A stretch of 64,000 nt of DNA from an uncultured Bacteroidales bacterium (GTDB taxonomy: Bacteria > Bacteroidota > Bacteroidia > Bacteroidales > UBA932), in the NCBI GenBank assembly GCA_900321715.1, contig ONXC01000008.1, positions 17,677 to 81,676 of the forward strand. The letters are read 5' to 3'. Position numbers and translations under genes: made by a program. The notes beneath the pieces were generated by a model, which was not told where the DNA came from, made no database searches, and saw nothing but the letters and a program-made list of their open reading frames with translations. Below are positions 48,590-57,461 of the stretch, in pieces. Positions within the stretch are counted from its first letter, which is position 1. Each line of letters begins with the position of its first letter.

Positions 48590-49720
48590 ATGAAAAAGCT
48601 TTTTATCTTCGCAACCGCCGCAGTCGTAGCACTTGCAGCTTGCACCAAATCCGAGGTTAACAACGTCACCTCTGAAAATGGCCCCGCAATCTCCTTCCAG
48701 GTTGCAAACTACGCCGGCCAAACCAAGGCTGGTGAAACTTCCCTTATCACCGAAGGATTCAACAACTTCACGACCTATGCCTGGTACACGAGCACAACCG
48801 CTGACAATCAGGCATTCATGACTCCCGCAACGGTAACCTGGAACAGCACCGCTAAAGAGTGGGCTCCCAGTGACCGTGTTTACTACTGGCCCAAGACCGG
48901 TTACATCAATTTCTTCTCTTTCGCTGGTAAGCACCTTCCTGATGCTGTTGATCTCAACGGCTCAAGCCAGGCAGAAGCACATTACACCACAACCATCACT
49001 GTTGCTAAGGATGACAACATTCTTGTAGCAGACGGTGCATATGGCTTCTACATGAACAAAAAGCCTGCAACCTATGGCAAAGATGAGGTTTCAGAAGGTG
49101 TTCCCACCCTCTTCCGCCATATGCTTTCAAGGGTAAAATTCGACATAAAGGTTGACGCCACCGATGCTAATAGCGAGAAAGATCACTGGAAAGTAACTGT
49201 AAACAGCGCTACTGTTTCTTATCGCAACCAGGGCACTCTTGAGGTTGGCTTCCCTTCAACCCCTGCTATTACCTGGGGCGCTGACAACAAACCCACGACA
49301 GCAGGACAGACTCTCAAATATACCAGTCAGGCTTGGACTCCTGCAACCGTTGCAAATGTGAACCTTGAAAAAGTAGCATCAGACGTTATTGTTGAAACCG
49401 ATGGCAAATCAGCATCTGCCGCAAAAGAACTTATAGCCGACAGCGTAGTGATGCCGCAGACACTTGGTACTACAAATGTAACCGTTGAACTTAACTACAC
49501 TCTTGAGCACAGTTTCGACGGAAGCACTCCTATCTCTGAGATTGTTCCTATATCCGCGACTGCTCTTACAACATTCTCCCCCAGCATCACCGTATGGGAA
49601 CCCAACACAATCTACACATATCATATCACCATTAAACCTACTGCCAACAGAATCCTCTTCGATCCTGCAGTTGAAACATGGGCTTCAGAAGCTAACGAAC
49701 CTGGACTCGTAATCGAATAA
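48590..49720 (+). CDS. Fimbrillin-family lipoprotein 3 of 6
   Basis: Lipobox LAAC; QTKA; YYWPK; GVPTLFRH; FDPAVETW. Confidence 0.85.
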   Translation: MKKLFIFATAAVVALAACTKSEVNNVTSENGPAISFQVANYAGQTKAGETSLITEGFNNFTTYAWYTSTTADNQAFMTPATVTWNSTAKEWAPSDRVYYWPKTGYINFFSFAGKHLPDAVDLNGSSQAEAHYTTTITVAKDDNILVADGAYGFYMNKKPATYGKDEVSEGVPTLFRHMLSRVKFDIKVDATDANSEKDHWKVTVNSATVSYRNQGTLEVGFPSTPAITWGADNKPTTAGQTLKYTSQAWTPATVANVNLEKVASDVIVETDGKSASAAKELIADSVVMPQTLGTTNVTVELNYTLEHSFDGSTPISEIVPISATALTTFSPSITVWEPNTIYTYHITIKPTANRILFDPAVETWASEANEPGLVIE

Positions 49721-49743
49721 TTACCTGAAAACAATATACAGCA

Positions 49744-50850
49744 ATGAAAAAATATATCATCATCGCATTCGCAGCTCTTGCAGCAAGCGTAGCCTGCACC
49801 AAAGTTGAGACCGCAGAAATTCAGAAGGAAATCAGCTTTGAGGTTGCAAACAACATCAAGACAAAGGCATTCACCGGCTCTGTTTACAATAACGGCGCAT
49901 TTGGTACCTATGCATGGTTCAATAACAACGACGACTTCATGGTGAACGAGCAGGTTGACCTCAGCGGCGGCGTATGGAAGACCGTAGACAACACATACTA
50001 CTGGCCCAAGACCGGTAGCGTGTCCTTCATCTCCTACTCACCCTTCGAGGGCACCAGCAATACCGCTGGAACCACCCCTGCAGTGACCAAGAACACCATC
50101 ACCTATACCGGTGTAACCGCCGGCGCTACAGACCTCATGTATGCCGACAAAGCCACCTGCTCCAACAATGTCAATGAAGTAGAAGACGGCACCAACTCCT
50201 ACACCGGCGTTCCCACCATCTTCCGTCACGCCCTTGCAAAGCTCAGCTTCAAGGTTCAGGCAAACTTCACTCAGTGGCACGATGACGCTACCAACAGCGA
50301 CACCGCCTGGGAAATCACCCTCAATAGCTTCAAGATCGGCGGCTTCAACACCACCGGAGACCTTGCTCTCACCCTCAACGCAGACGGCAAGTCCTGGGAC
50401 AAGCCCGTTACCACCGTTGGCGGTGTAGATTACAATGTCTGGACCAACGCTTCCGGCGCCACCTCAGACCAGGAACTCGTTGCAACTCCCATAGTCCTCA
50501 CAACTACGCCTCAGAATCTTGCCTCCGCAACAGGCTATGTACTTCCCCAGATTCTTACCGCGGGCGTACAGACAGTTGACATTGACGTTCACATCAAGAC
50601 CACCCTTGCAAACGGCAAAGTCATCAACGAAGACTTTGTAAAGACCATCAACATCAGCGAAATCTCCACCCTCAAGGCATGGCAGATGAACGAGAACATT
50701 GTTTACACCATCAAGTTCAAGCCCACTGCACATTCCACAGAGCCTGGTGTTACCCCTCACGACGATGACCCCGAAGATGTCATCATCAAGTTTGACCCTG
50801 CAGTAGCAGACTGGACCGCTGTAGACGCAGCAGCTACCATCCAGATCTAA
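49744..50850 (+). CDS. Fimbrillin-family lipoprotein 4 of 6
   Basis: Lipobox SVAC; KTKA; YYWPK; GVPTIFRH; FDPAVADW. Confidence 0.85.
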   Translation: MKKYIIIAFAALAASVACTKVETAEIQKEISFEVANNIKTKAFTGSVYNNGAFGTYAWFNNNDDFMVNEQVDLSGGVWKTVDNTYYWPKTGSVSFISYSPFEGTSNTAGTTPAVTKNTITYTGVTAGATDLMYADKATCSNNVNEVEDGTNSYTGVPTIFRHALAKLSFKVQANFTQWHDDATNSDTAWEITLNSFKIGGFNTTGDLALTLNADGKSWDKPVTTVGGVDYNVWTNASGATSDQELVATPIVLTTTPQNLASATGYVLPQILTAGVQTVDIDVHIKTTLANGKVINEDFVKTINISEISTLKAWQMNENIVYTIKFKPTAHSTEPGVTPHDDDPEDVIIKFDPAVADWTAVDAAATIQI

Positions 50851-50898
50851 AATTCACAAGAAAAAAGTTAGTTGTTTTAATATAAAAAGCTTTTTCTT

Positions 50899-50935
50899 AC
50901 CCGGTGGGCGGCTGACCCTGCCCCCGGGTGCCAAA
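50899..50935 (+). other. Conserved intergenic GC hairpin, copy 2
   Basis: ACCCGGTGGGCGG-CTGAC-CCTGCCCCCGGGT followed by GCCAAAAACAAAA. Confidence 0.7.
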
Positions 50936-50956
50936 AACAAAAAAATTATATAAGAA

Positions 50957-52105
50957 ATGAAGAAGACAGCATTTATCGCAGTGCTCGCAATTGCAGCCCT
51001 CGCATCCTGCTCAAAGAGCGTTGAGAGCGGAATCCAGTCAGAGGTAGTATTCCAGGTGGCTCGCCACAAGGGTGTTACCAAGGCAAGTCCTGAAGATTAC
51101 AAAGACAACTACCAGGGCGTGCCTTTCGGCGCATACGCATGGTACAAGGGCGTATCGGCCTCCGACAACACAGAATTCATGAAAAACCAGAAGGTTTCAT
51201 TCTCAGACCCCGTATGGAGGCCCGAGGGCACCACATACTACTGGCCCAAGTCCGGTAGCATTGACTTCATCTGCTACTCCCCTTACACCGCAGACGGCAC
51301 CAACGCACCCCTCCCTGTCATCACGGAAGACAGCATGGCATATCCTGCCTGGGACGTTGCGGCCAATCCGGACGTAGACATAATGTATGCCGACAAAGTG
51401 ACCGGCCTTACCAACAACGTCAACACCTATTACTATGACGGTGTTCCCACCCTCTTCCGCCACGCCCTTGCAAAGATAAACTTCCAGATCAAGGCCGCTT
51501 ACACGGAAGTGACCGACCCCGTTACCGGCACCAAAACCAAGTGGGAGATAGAAGTAGAGAGCATCAAGGTAAACAACATCCTCTCTTCCGGTTCCTTCAC
51601 CCTTAACCTCAACGGCAGCGGCGGCTGGGACAAGCCCGCCGACAACGTCTGGACCCCCGATGGTACCACCACAGACATGGATCTGGACCTTTCAAACGTT
51701 GACAGCCCGCTTGCCGACGGAGTTGTCTATGACCTTGATTCCGACGTATTTGTAATGCCTCAGGCGCTCACCGGTGGTCAGGAAGTGGTTCTCAAGGTTA
51801 CCATCACCACCTACCGTGACATCAACGACGGCAACGGCTATGTCCAGGTTCTTCAGGAGAACGGCGTAGAGATTCAAGGCAACCTCTCCGGCGGCACAAT
51901 GGATGCATGGAAGATGAACCAGAACGTCACCTACTCCTTCAACTTTGCCCCCAGCCTTGGCAGCACCACCGACACCGACGGTGACGGCGTTCCCGATGAC
52001 CTGGACGGCGACGGAATTCCCGACGTAGTTCCTACCATCGTTTACTTCGACCCCGCTGTTGACGAGTGGCAGAACATCACCGTAAGCGCCGGTATCAACA
52101 TCTAA
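50957..52105 (+). CDS. Fimbrillin-family lipoprotein 5 of 6 (with DxDGDG loop)
   Basis: Lipobox LASC; VTKA; YYWPK; GVPTLFRH; DTDGDGVPDDLDGDGIPD; FDPAVDEW. Confidence 0.85.
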   Translation: MKKTAFIAVLAIAALASCSKSVESGIQSEVVFQVARHKGVTKASPEDYKDNYQGVPFGAYAWYKGVSASDNTEFMKNQKVSFSDPVWRPEGTTYYWPKSGSIDFICYSPYTADGTNAPLPVITEDSMAYPAWDVAANPDVDIMYADKVTGLTNNVNTYYYDGVPTLFRHALAKINFQIKAAYTEVTDPVTGTKTKWEIEVESIKVNNILSSGSFTLNLNGSGGWDKPADNVWTPDGTTTDMDLDLSNVDSPLADGVVYDLDSDVFVMPQALTGGQEVVLKVTITTYRDINDGNGYVQVLQENGVEIQGNLSGGTMDAWKMNQNVTYSFNFAPSLGSTTDTDGDGVPDDLDGDGIPDVVPTIVYFDPAVDEWQNITVSAGINI

Positions 52106-52129
52106 GAATAGTTAGTAGTGATATATACA

Positions 52130-53284
52130 ATGAAAAAGATTCTCATCTTCATCTCAATTGCTGCCGTAATGGCTTCGGCCTGCAGCAAAGTGGCTTCAAA
52201 CCCTGTAGAGAACGCCCGCGTGGTCTCCTTCCAGACCGTAGCCGGCCTTAACACCAAGGCTCCTGGCATCAATGGCACCGTATTCCCCCAGACCGAGACC
52301 TTCTCCACATACGCATGGGCCGAAGGTACCGTAGGTGAATACTTCATGGAAAATGTAACCATCGAATACAAGACCTCCGAGAACCTCTGGAAAGCTCAGA
52401 GCGGAACTTACTACTGGCCCAAGAACTCCACGGTGGACTTCATTTCTTACTACCCCACCGGCCTTGCCGGCATCACCGTGGCCAAGGACAAAATCACCTA
52501 CTCCGGCATTGACGTGAACACCCTCCAGCAGGATATCATGTACGCCGACAAAGCCGCAGGTTTCTCCGACAACAAAGACCTTGTTGACGATAACGTGAGC
52601 GGTTTCACCGGCGTTCCCACCATCTTCCGCCACGCCCTTGCAAAGGTAAACTTCAAAGTAGCACTTACCTATAAGCACAAGGAAGAGGCCGACGGTACTG
52701 TCACCGACTGGAAAGTTACCGTGAACAGCGCCAAACTCAGCGGCGTTTACACCAAAGGCGGTTGCGAGCTCAAGCTTGCATCGGCCCCCACTGTAGGCGT
52801 TATCGGCTGGGACAAGCCCGCCGGCAATGTATGGACTCCCGAAGGAGCTGCCAGCGATATTAACGGTACCCTTACCGGCAACATCGAGGCCGGCAAGTTA
52901 TATCAGGCTGTGGACACCGTCTATGTCCTTCCTCAGGCACTTGCCGACAACCAGCAGAAGGTAACCCTGAACGTTACTGTAGAGACCACCCGCAACGGAG
53001 CTCCGTTCCTTAACGAGACCTTCGATGTTTCGGCAAACATTAAACTGGCAGCCATCCCCGCATGGGAGATGAACCACGTCTACACCTACATCCTCAGGTT
53101 TGCTCCTACCGCTTCCAACGGTAACGGTGGCAACCCTATCGACCCTCCCACCGATCCTTCAGATCCCAACTATCCCGGTGGAGTTGATCCCAACAATCCC
53201 AACCTTTCTGATGCCATCATCACCTTCGACCCTGCCGTTGACGGCTGGGAGAATGTGGGCATTGTTGCAAGCATCAACCTTTAA
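52130..53284 (+). CDS. Fimbrillin-family lipoprotein 6 of 6 (with Pro-rich loop)
   Basis: Start re-called to ATG 52130 (MKKILIF); lipobox ASAC; NTKA; YYWPK; GVPTIFRH; FDPAVDGW. Confidence 0.85.
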   Translation: MKKILIFISIAAVMASACSKVASNPVENARVVSFQTVAGLNTKAPGINGTVFPQTETFSTYAWAEGTVGEYFMENVTIEYKTSENLWKAQSGTYYWPKNSTVDFISYYPTGLAGITVAKDKITYSGIDVNTLQQDIMYADKAAGFSDNKDLVDDNVSGFTGVPTIFRHALAKVNFKVALTYKHKEEADGTVTDWKVTVNSAKLSGVYTKGGCELKLASAPTVGVIGWDKPAGNVWTPEGAASDINGTLTGNIEAGKLYQAVDTVYVLPQALADNQQKVTLNVTVETTRNGAPFLNETFDVSANIKLAAIPAWEMNHVYTYILRFAPTASNGNGGNPIDPPTDPSDPNYPGGVDPNNPNLSDAIITFDPAVDGWENVGIVASINL

Positions 53285-53291
53285 TATCATA

Positions 53292-53328
53292 AGGCCCGGC
53301 GGGGGTGATACCCTTCCGGGTCTCCAAG
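53292..53328 (+). other. Conserved intergenic GC hairpin, copy 3
   Basis: AGGCCCGGCGGGGG-TGATA-CCCTTCCGGGTCT followed by CCAAGACAGAAAAA. Confidence 0.65.
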
Positions 53329-53338
53329 ACAGAAAAAC

Positions 53339-54967
53339 ATGAGCACAATGGGCAACAAATATATAATTCCGGCATCGGCACTTCTCCTCGCTGCGCTGGT
53401 ACTCTCCTGCAATAAAAATCAGGTGGAGGATCCCGTGTACTCCAATGAGGAGATAGTTCTTGACGCCGCTCCTGACGCCACTAAGGGATTCCTTTCAACA
53501 GACGGGCTTAAGGTAACCGGAACACAGTTCCAGATGTTCGACTACCTTTCCGGATATAACGGCAGCCTCACCGACGGCGGCGGCACCACGCACTCCTCCG
53601 GAGAGGAATTCAAATACTTTGAGAATACTCTCACCTTCAAGCAGGATGCCACCAATTGGCAGTGGATCTTCGGCGACGTGGCCTCCCCCACCTCATACCG
53701 CTGGACCCGCACCGGCACGCACCACTTCTATGGCTGGATGCTGGAAGACAAGACCAGCACAGATCCCGATGCAGGAAACCTCAAATCAAGCACCTTCTTC
53801 AGCACATATACCCCTGGCACCAAGACACTTACCGTTGCCAAGAATTTCACTGCAGCAGGCCCTCAGTACGACTTCCTCTACTCTGATGTAGTTCCTGTAG
53901 ACGTCATTGCCGATGGTATTCCCAGTCATGTGGATGTTCCCATGAAGCACCTTTTTGGAGCACTTGGTATAACCGTCCAGAACACTTCCAAGACAGATGT
54001 CATTGTATATTCTGTAAGACTGCTTAACTTCCCCAACAGTCACAGCGAGACTCTCACCTGGAATATGGATTCTGGTGTTTCAATGGCTGGCGGGAATCCC
54101 ACAGTTTCCGGCGCAGCGGGATCAGCTATATTCTGGCCCAACAAATTCGGCAGCGGAGTTACCCTCAAGGCTATTACAGACCCTAACGGCGGCAAGACCT
54201 ACGACGCCTACACCGGCGCAGAGATGGGAGAAAACCTGAGCTACCGCATGTGCTGGCCTATGACTCAGGTCGCCCTCAAGCCCACCATTACCGGCACCAC
54301 GGCCGAAGGCAACCCCGAGTTTTCCAACGACTCCCCCATCGTTGAAGTTGTAGCAAAAGTAGGAACACTGAAATCCACCACCTACAAAATGCGCTTCCCC
54401 AACGCAGACGACGATAAACCTGCCATCACCGCCGGCAAGAAAACCCAGCTGAACATATCCTTTGCCGACAAGCAGATCCAGCTCTCATTCAAGACCCTCC
54501 CCTGGGATTACGAAGAGTTCCCCATGTCTTACGAGAATGACGCCATCTCTGCAACCCAGCTCAAGTTCATCGAAGGCTCTTATACTTCTGGCGGCAAGCT
54601 TACAGACGCCAACGGCAAACACGACGTCATCCAGCTCACCGCAAGTTCCACCCCTGCATGGGTAGCCCGTGGCAAGTTCTCCGTCTATACGCCCGTCAAC
54701 GGCAGGCTTTCAGTTGGCCTTTCCGGCGACATCGACTCCTTCATCGTCACCCTTGAAAGCGGAGACACCTACACCGGAACCGGCAATGACTACATTCTCA
54801 TCGACCCTTCACGTGACGGTGGTGCAATCACACTGGGCGTAAGGCCGAGGGGCGTTCCTTCAAGCGGAAAGAAGCTGTTCCTTCACTTTGCAGTGACAAA
54901 CCACAACCGTGACACTGATGCCGACTCTGAAATCAACCGTGACAACTATGTCATCACAATACCTTAA
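53339..54967 (+). CDS. Fimbrillin-like minor pilin with C-terminal extension (operon C)
   Basis: Lipobox VLSC; ATKG; YDFLYS; PMKHLF; TLPW; positional equivalent of the 14675 and 31280 genes. Confidence 0.72.
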   Translation: MSTMGNKYIIPASALLLAALVLSCNKNQVEDPVYSNEEIVLDAAPDATKGFLSTDGLKVTGTQFQMFDYLSGYNGSLTDGGGTTHSSGEEFKYFENTLTFKQDATNWQWIFGDVASPTSYRWTRTGTHHFYGWMLEDKTSTDPDAGNLKSSTFFSTYTPGTKTLTVAKNFTAAGPQYDFLYSDVVPVDVIADGIPSHVDVPMKHLFGALGITVQNTSKTDVIVYSVRLLNFPNSHSETLTWNMDSGVSMAGGNPTVSGAAGSAIFWPNKFGSGVTLKAITDPNGGKTYDAYTGAEMGENLSYRMCWPMTQVALKPTITGTTAEGNPEFSNDSPIVEVVAKVGTLKSTTYKMRFPNADDDKPAITAGKKTQLNISFADKQIQLSFKTLPWDYEEFPMSYENDAISATQLKFIEGSYTSGGKLTDANGKHDVIQLTASSTPAWVARGKFSVYTPVNGRLSVGLSGDIDSFIVTLESGDTYTGTGNDYILIDPSRDGGAITLGVRPRGVPSSGKKLFLHFAVTNHNRDTDADSEINRDNYVITIP

Positions 54968-54980
54968 TTGAGGACCACGT

Positions 54981-57446
54981 ATGAAAAAGTTATCTTTAAG
55001 TTTACTTTCCATGGCAGCGGCAATGATTCTTGCCACTGTTCCCGCGTGCTCCATTAAGGAAGACCTCACACCGGATACCGGCGAAGGCGTCGTCCTCCGT
55101 TTCTTCAGCGATGAGAGCATGGTGGTCACAAAGGCTAAAACGCAGAAAGAAGGCGTTGATGCCCTTAACGAGAACGTACTTTCCTCTGTAGAGTACTTCA
55201 TATATTCCAATGCACAGAAGAATGGCAATGCCGTACTTCACGGATATCTTGAGAATGTAAGGCAGAATGCTCCCGTGAGCATTCCTATGACCATTGAGAC
55301 TGTCAATTCTGTTCTCTGCCCCAACGGTGCGACCAATTTCTGGGTGTACGCCATTGCAAACCGTTCCAGAATCGTTGCCGAAGGAGACCCTGAAAACCTT
55401 TCCGGGACGGATATTGCTACAATATCGGCCCTCACAAAGGATATGGAATTTGACGACGGAGGAAATGTTAAAACGCCTCAGCCCAACTTCCTCATGTCCA
55501 CAGACGGTCCATTTGAGGTAACGAATGTCAAGCGCAGAAGCACTATTGTCGCTACTGCAAACATCGGCCTCAAGAGGGTTGCGGCAAAGATCACCGTTGC
55601 CGTGAGGGTTGTTCCCCAGGTGGAAATCAAGAATACCGTAACCATCAGCGGCGTTACTGACACCCGTACCGAGATTTGGAAACCCCGTATGAACGAGATG
55701 TACATCTATCTTGTCAACGGTGCCAAAACCGGCCAGGTGAGCGGCGCTCCGGTAGCCGGGTCTGATTTATATCAGTATCAGCAGGTTGAATTCGACATGA
55801 ATGGAAGCGAAAGCCATAGCTACGACACCTACACAAAGCGCGTAGATGGTGAAGGCAATGAGATTTTGGATGCCAACGGCCTTGTCCAGTACGACAAGAC
55901 CACCGAAACCGGCATCTTCTATCCCACCAAAAGTCCTTTCTATACGTATCCGGAACAATGGATGTACGGTTCAGAAGAAGAGCCCTATCTCAAGCTTGCC
56001 ATTCCTTGGGATCGTGAAGCAGGCTATAGCGACAACCATAACTACTTTGGCACGACGAGCAAGATTTACTACTACCGTGTGTACTGCCCTGCAACGCCCA
56101 TCGACATTTCCAACGCACAGTTCCTCCGCAACAACTGGTACAAGGTTATCCTGAACGTGGGTATCCTCGGCAGTGAAACCGACGGCGGCGAGATGGTTAT
56201 CAACGGCAACTACTACGTCGTAGACTGGCAGGAGCGTGAAACCGGAGGTGGCGGCAGCGGTACCGGCATCAACGACTCCGATAAGGAGGCTGAAATCAAA
56301 GGCGCCCGCTACCTCTTCCTCAACGAGCAGAACTTCATCATGTACAACCTCGAGGACCTGATGATCCCTTACGTGACTTCAGACCCTTGTATCATCGAAG
56401 ATTTCGAGGCCAAGAAGTATGCCTTCTCCGGCAGCCAGAAGGATTCTCTCATTACCACCAGCCCCGCCGCCTGGAACATGGACGTGAGCCTTGTAACCAC
56501 CGCCACCGGTGCCCACATCAGCTTCAACCACCCGCTGAACAACGACACCTCCACCAGCGACTATGACGTATCTCCTTACAAGATAAGCTTCACCATCAGG
56601 CACAAGGACGATCCTTCATATGCCAAGGAGGTAACCATTGAGCAGAGGCCGGCTATCATGATTGATATGGAGAATAATCCGCCAGATCCAGTTAGTAGTT
56701 CCTACTGGACTGAAATTGGAGAGAATAATCATCACGGCTATACTTATGTCAACAATGACCAAGGCTCATATGGTGGTAGCGGAACTAGTTCCGGCAATAA
56801 TACCAATTTCAATATGTTCATTATTGAAACCACTGTTTTACCTTCGGATTCCGATTACCTGCTGGGAGATCCGCGCTTGGCTACTGTTGACAACCTCAAC
56901 AGCTGGCCCACAAGCAACTCCTCTGTCAGCACATGGAGCGCCACGGCTGCTTCGGTACAGGGAACTAATCGTAAATTGACATACTATTATCCCGTTGATC
57001 CTAGCACAAATGCTAACAATCTAATAGCGCCAAAGTACCGCGTGGCATCCTCACACGGCGCAACCACATATTTAACCTATGCAAATGCATTCAGGCGCTG
57101 TGCTTCTTATCAGGAAAAGGGATACCCTGCAGGCCGTTGGAGACTTCCAACCGTGGCTGAGGTATCATATATTACTAAATTGAATGCAGATGGAAAGATT
57201 GTAAGGTTGTTCGGAGATAACACCAACAATTCTACAACCGACTACTGGTGCAACAGCGGATACATAACCGTATATGGAGGCAATTCAACAAATGCTCCCG
57301 TGCCGCACATCGGTGTCACAAGCGGTAACAGATACGTCCGCTGCGTCTACGACGAATGGTATTGGGAAGGCATCAAATACAACGGTACCGATTACACTAC
57401 CGTAACTCCTCTCGACACCTTCAAATGGGGAGACATCGAACGTTAA
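54981..57446 (+). CDS. Type V pilus tip adhesin candidate with WRLPT...RCVYD domain (operon C)
   Basis: Lipobox VPAC; VTKA; LKRVAAKI; LRNNWY; RCASYQEKGYPAGRWRLPTVAE...VRCVYDEWYW..WGDIER. Confidence 0.75.
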   Translation: MKKLSLSLLSMAAAMILATVPACSIKEDLTPDTGEGVVLRFFSDESMVVTKAKTQKEGVDALNENVLSSVEYFIYSNAQKNGNAVLHGYLENVRQNAPVSIPMTIETVNSVLCPNGATNFWVYAIANRSRIVAEGDPENLSGTDIATISALTKDMEFDDGGNVKTPQPNFLMSTDGPFEVTNVKRRSTIVATANIGLKRVAAKITVAVRVVPQVEIKNTVTISGVTDTRTEIWKPRMNEMYIYLVNGAKTGQVSGAPVAGSDLYQYQQVEFDMNGSESHSYDTYTKRVDGEGNEILDANGLVQYDKTTETGIFYPTKSPFYTYPEQWMYGSEEEPYLKLAIPWDREAGYSDNHNYFGTTSKIYYYRVYCPATPIDISNAQFLRNNWYKVILNVGILGSETDGGEMVINGNYYVVDWQERETGGGGSGTGINDSDKEAEIKGARYLFLNEQNFIMYNLEDLMIPYVTSDPCIIEDFEAKKYAFSGSQKDSLITTSPAAWNMDVSLVTTATGAHISFNHPLNNDTSTSDYDVSPYKISFTIRHKDDPSYAKEVTIEQRPAIMIDMENNPPDPVSSSYWTEIGENNHHGYTYVNNDQGSYGGSGTSSGNNTNFNMFIIETTVLPSDSDYLLGDPRLATVDNLNSWPTSNSSVSTWSATAASVQGTNRKLTYYYPVDPSTNANNLIAPKYRVASSHGATTYLTYANAFRRCASYQEKGYPAGRWRLPTVAEVSYITKLNADGKIVRLFGDNTNNSTTDYWCNSGYITVYGGNSTNAPVPHIGVTSGNRYVRCVYDEWYWEGIKYNGTDYTTVTPLDTFKWGDIER

Positions 57447-57461
57447 ACCTTAAAGTTACGT

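Noticed and set aside
48501-53328. Intergenic hairpins as intrinsic terminators
   Set aside because: They are followed by A-rich sequence on the sense strand, and on the opposite strand the U-tract would precede the stem.
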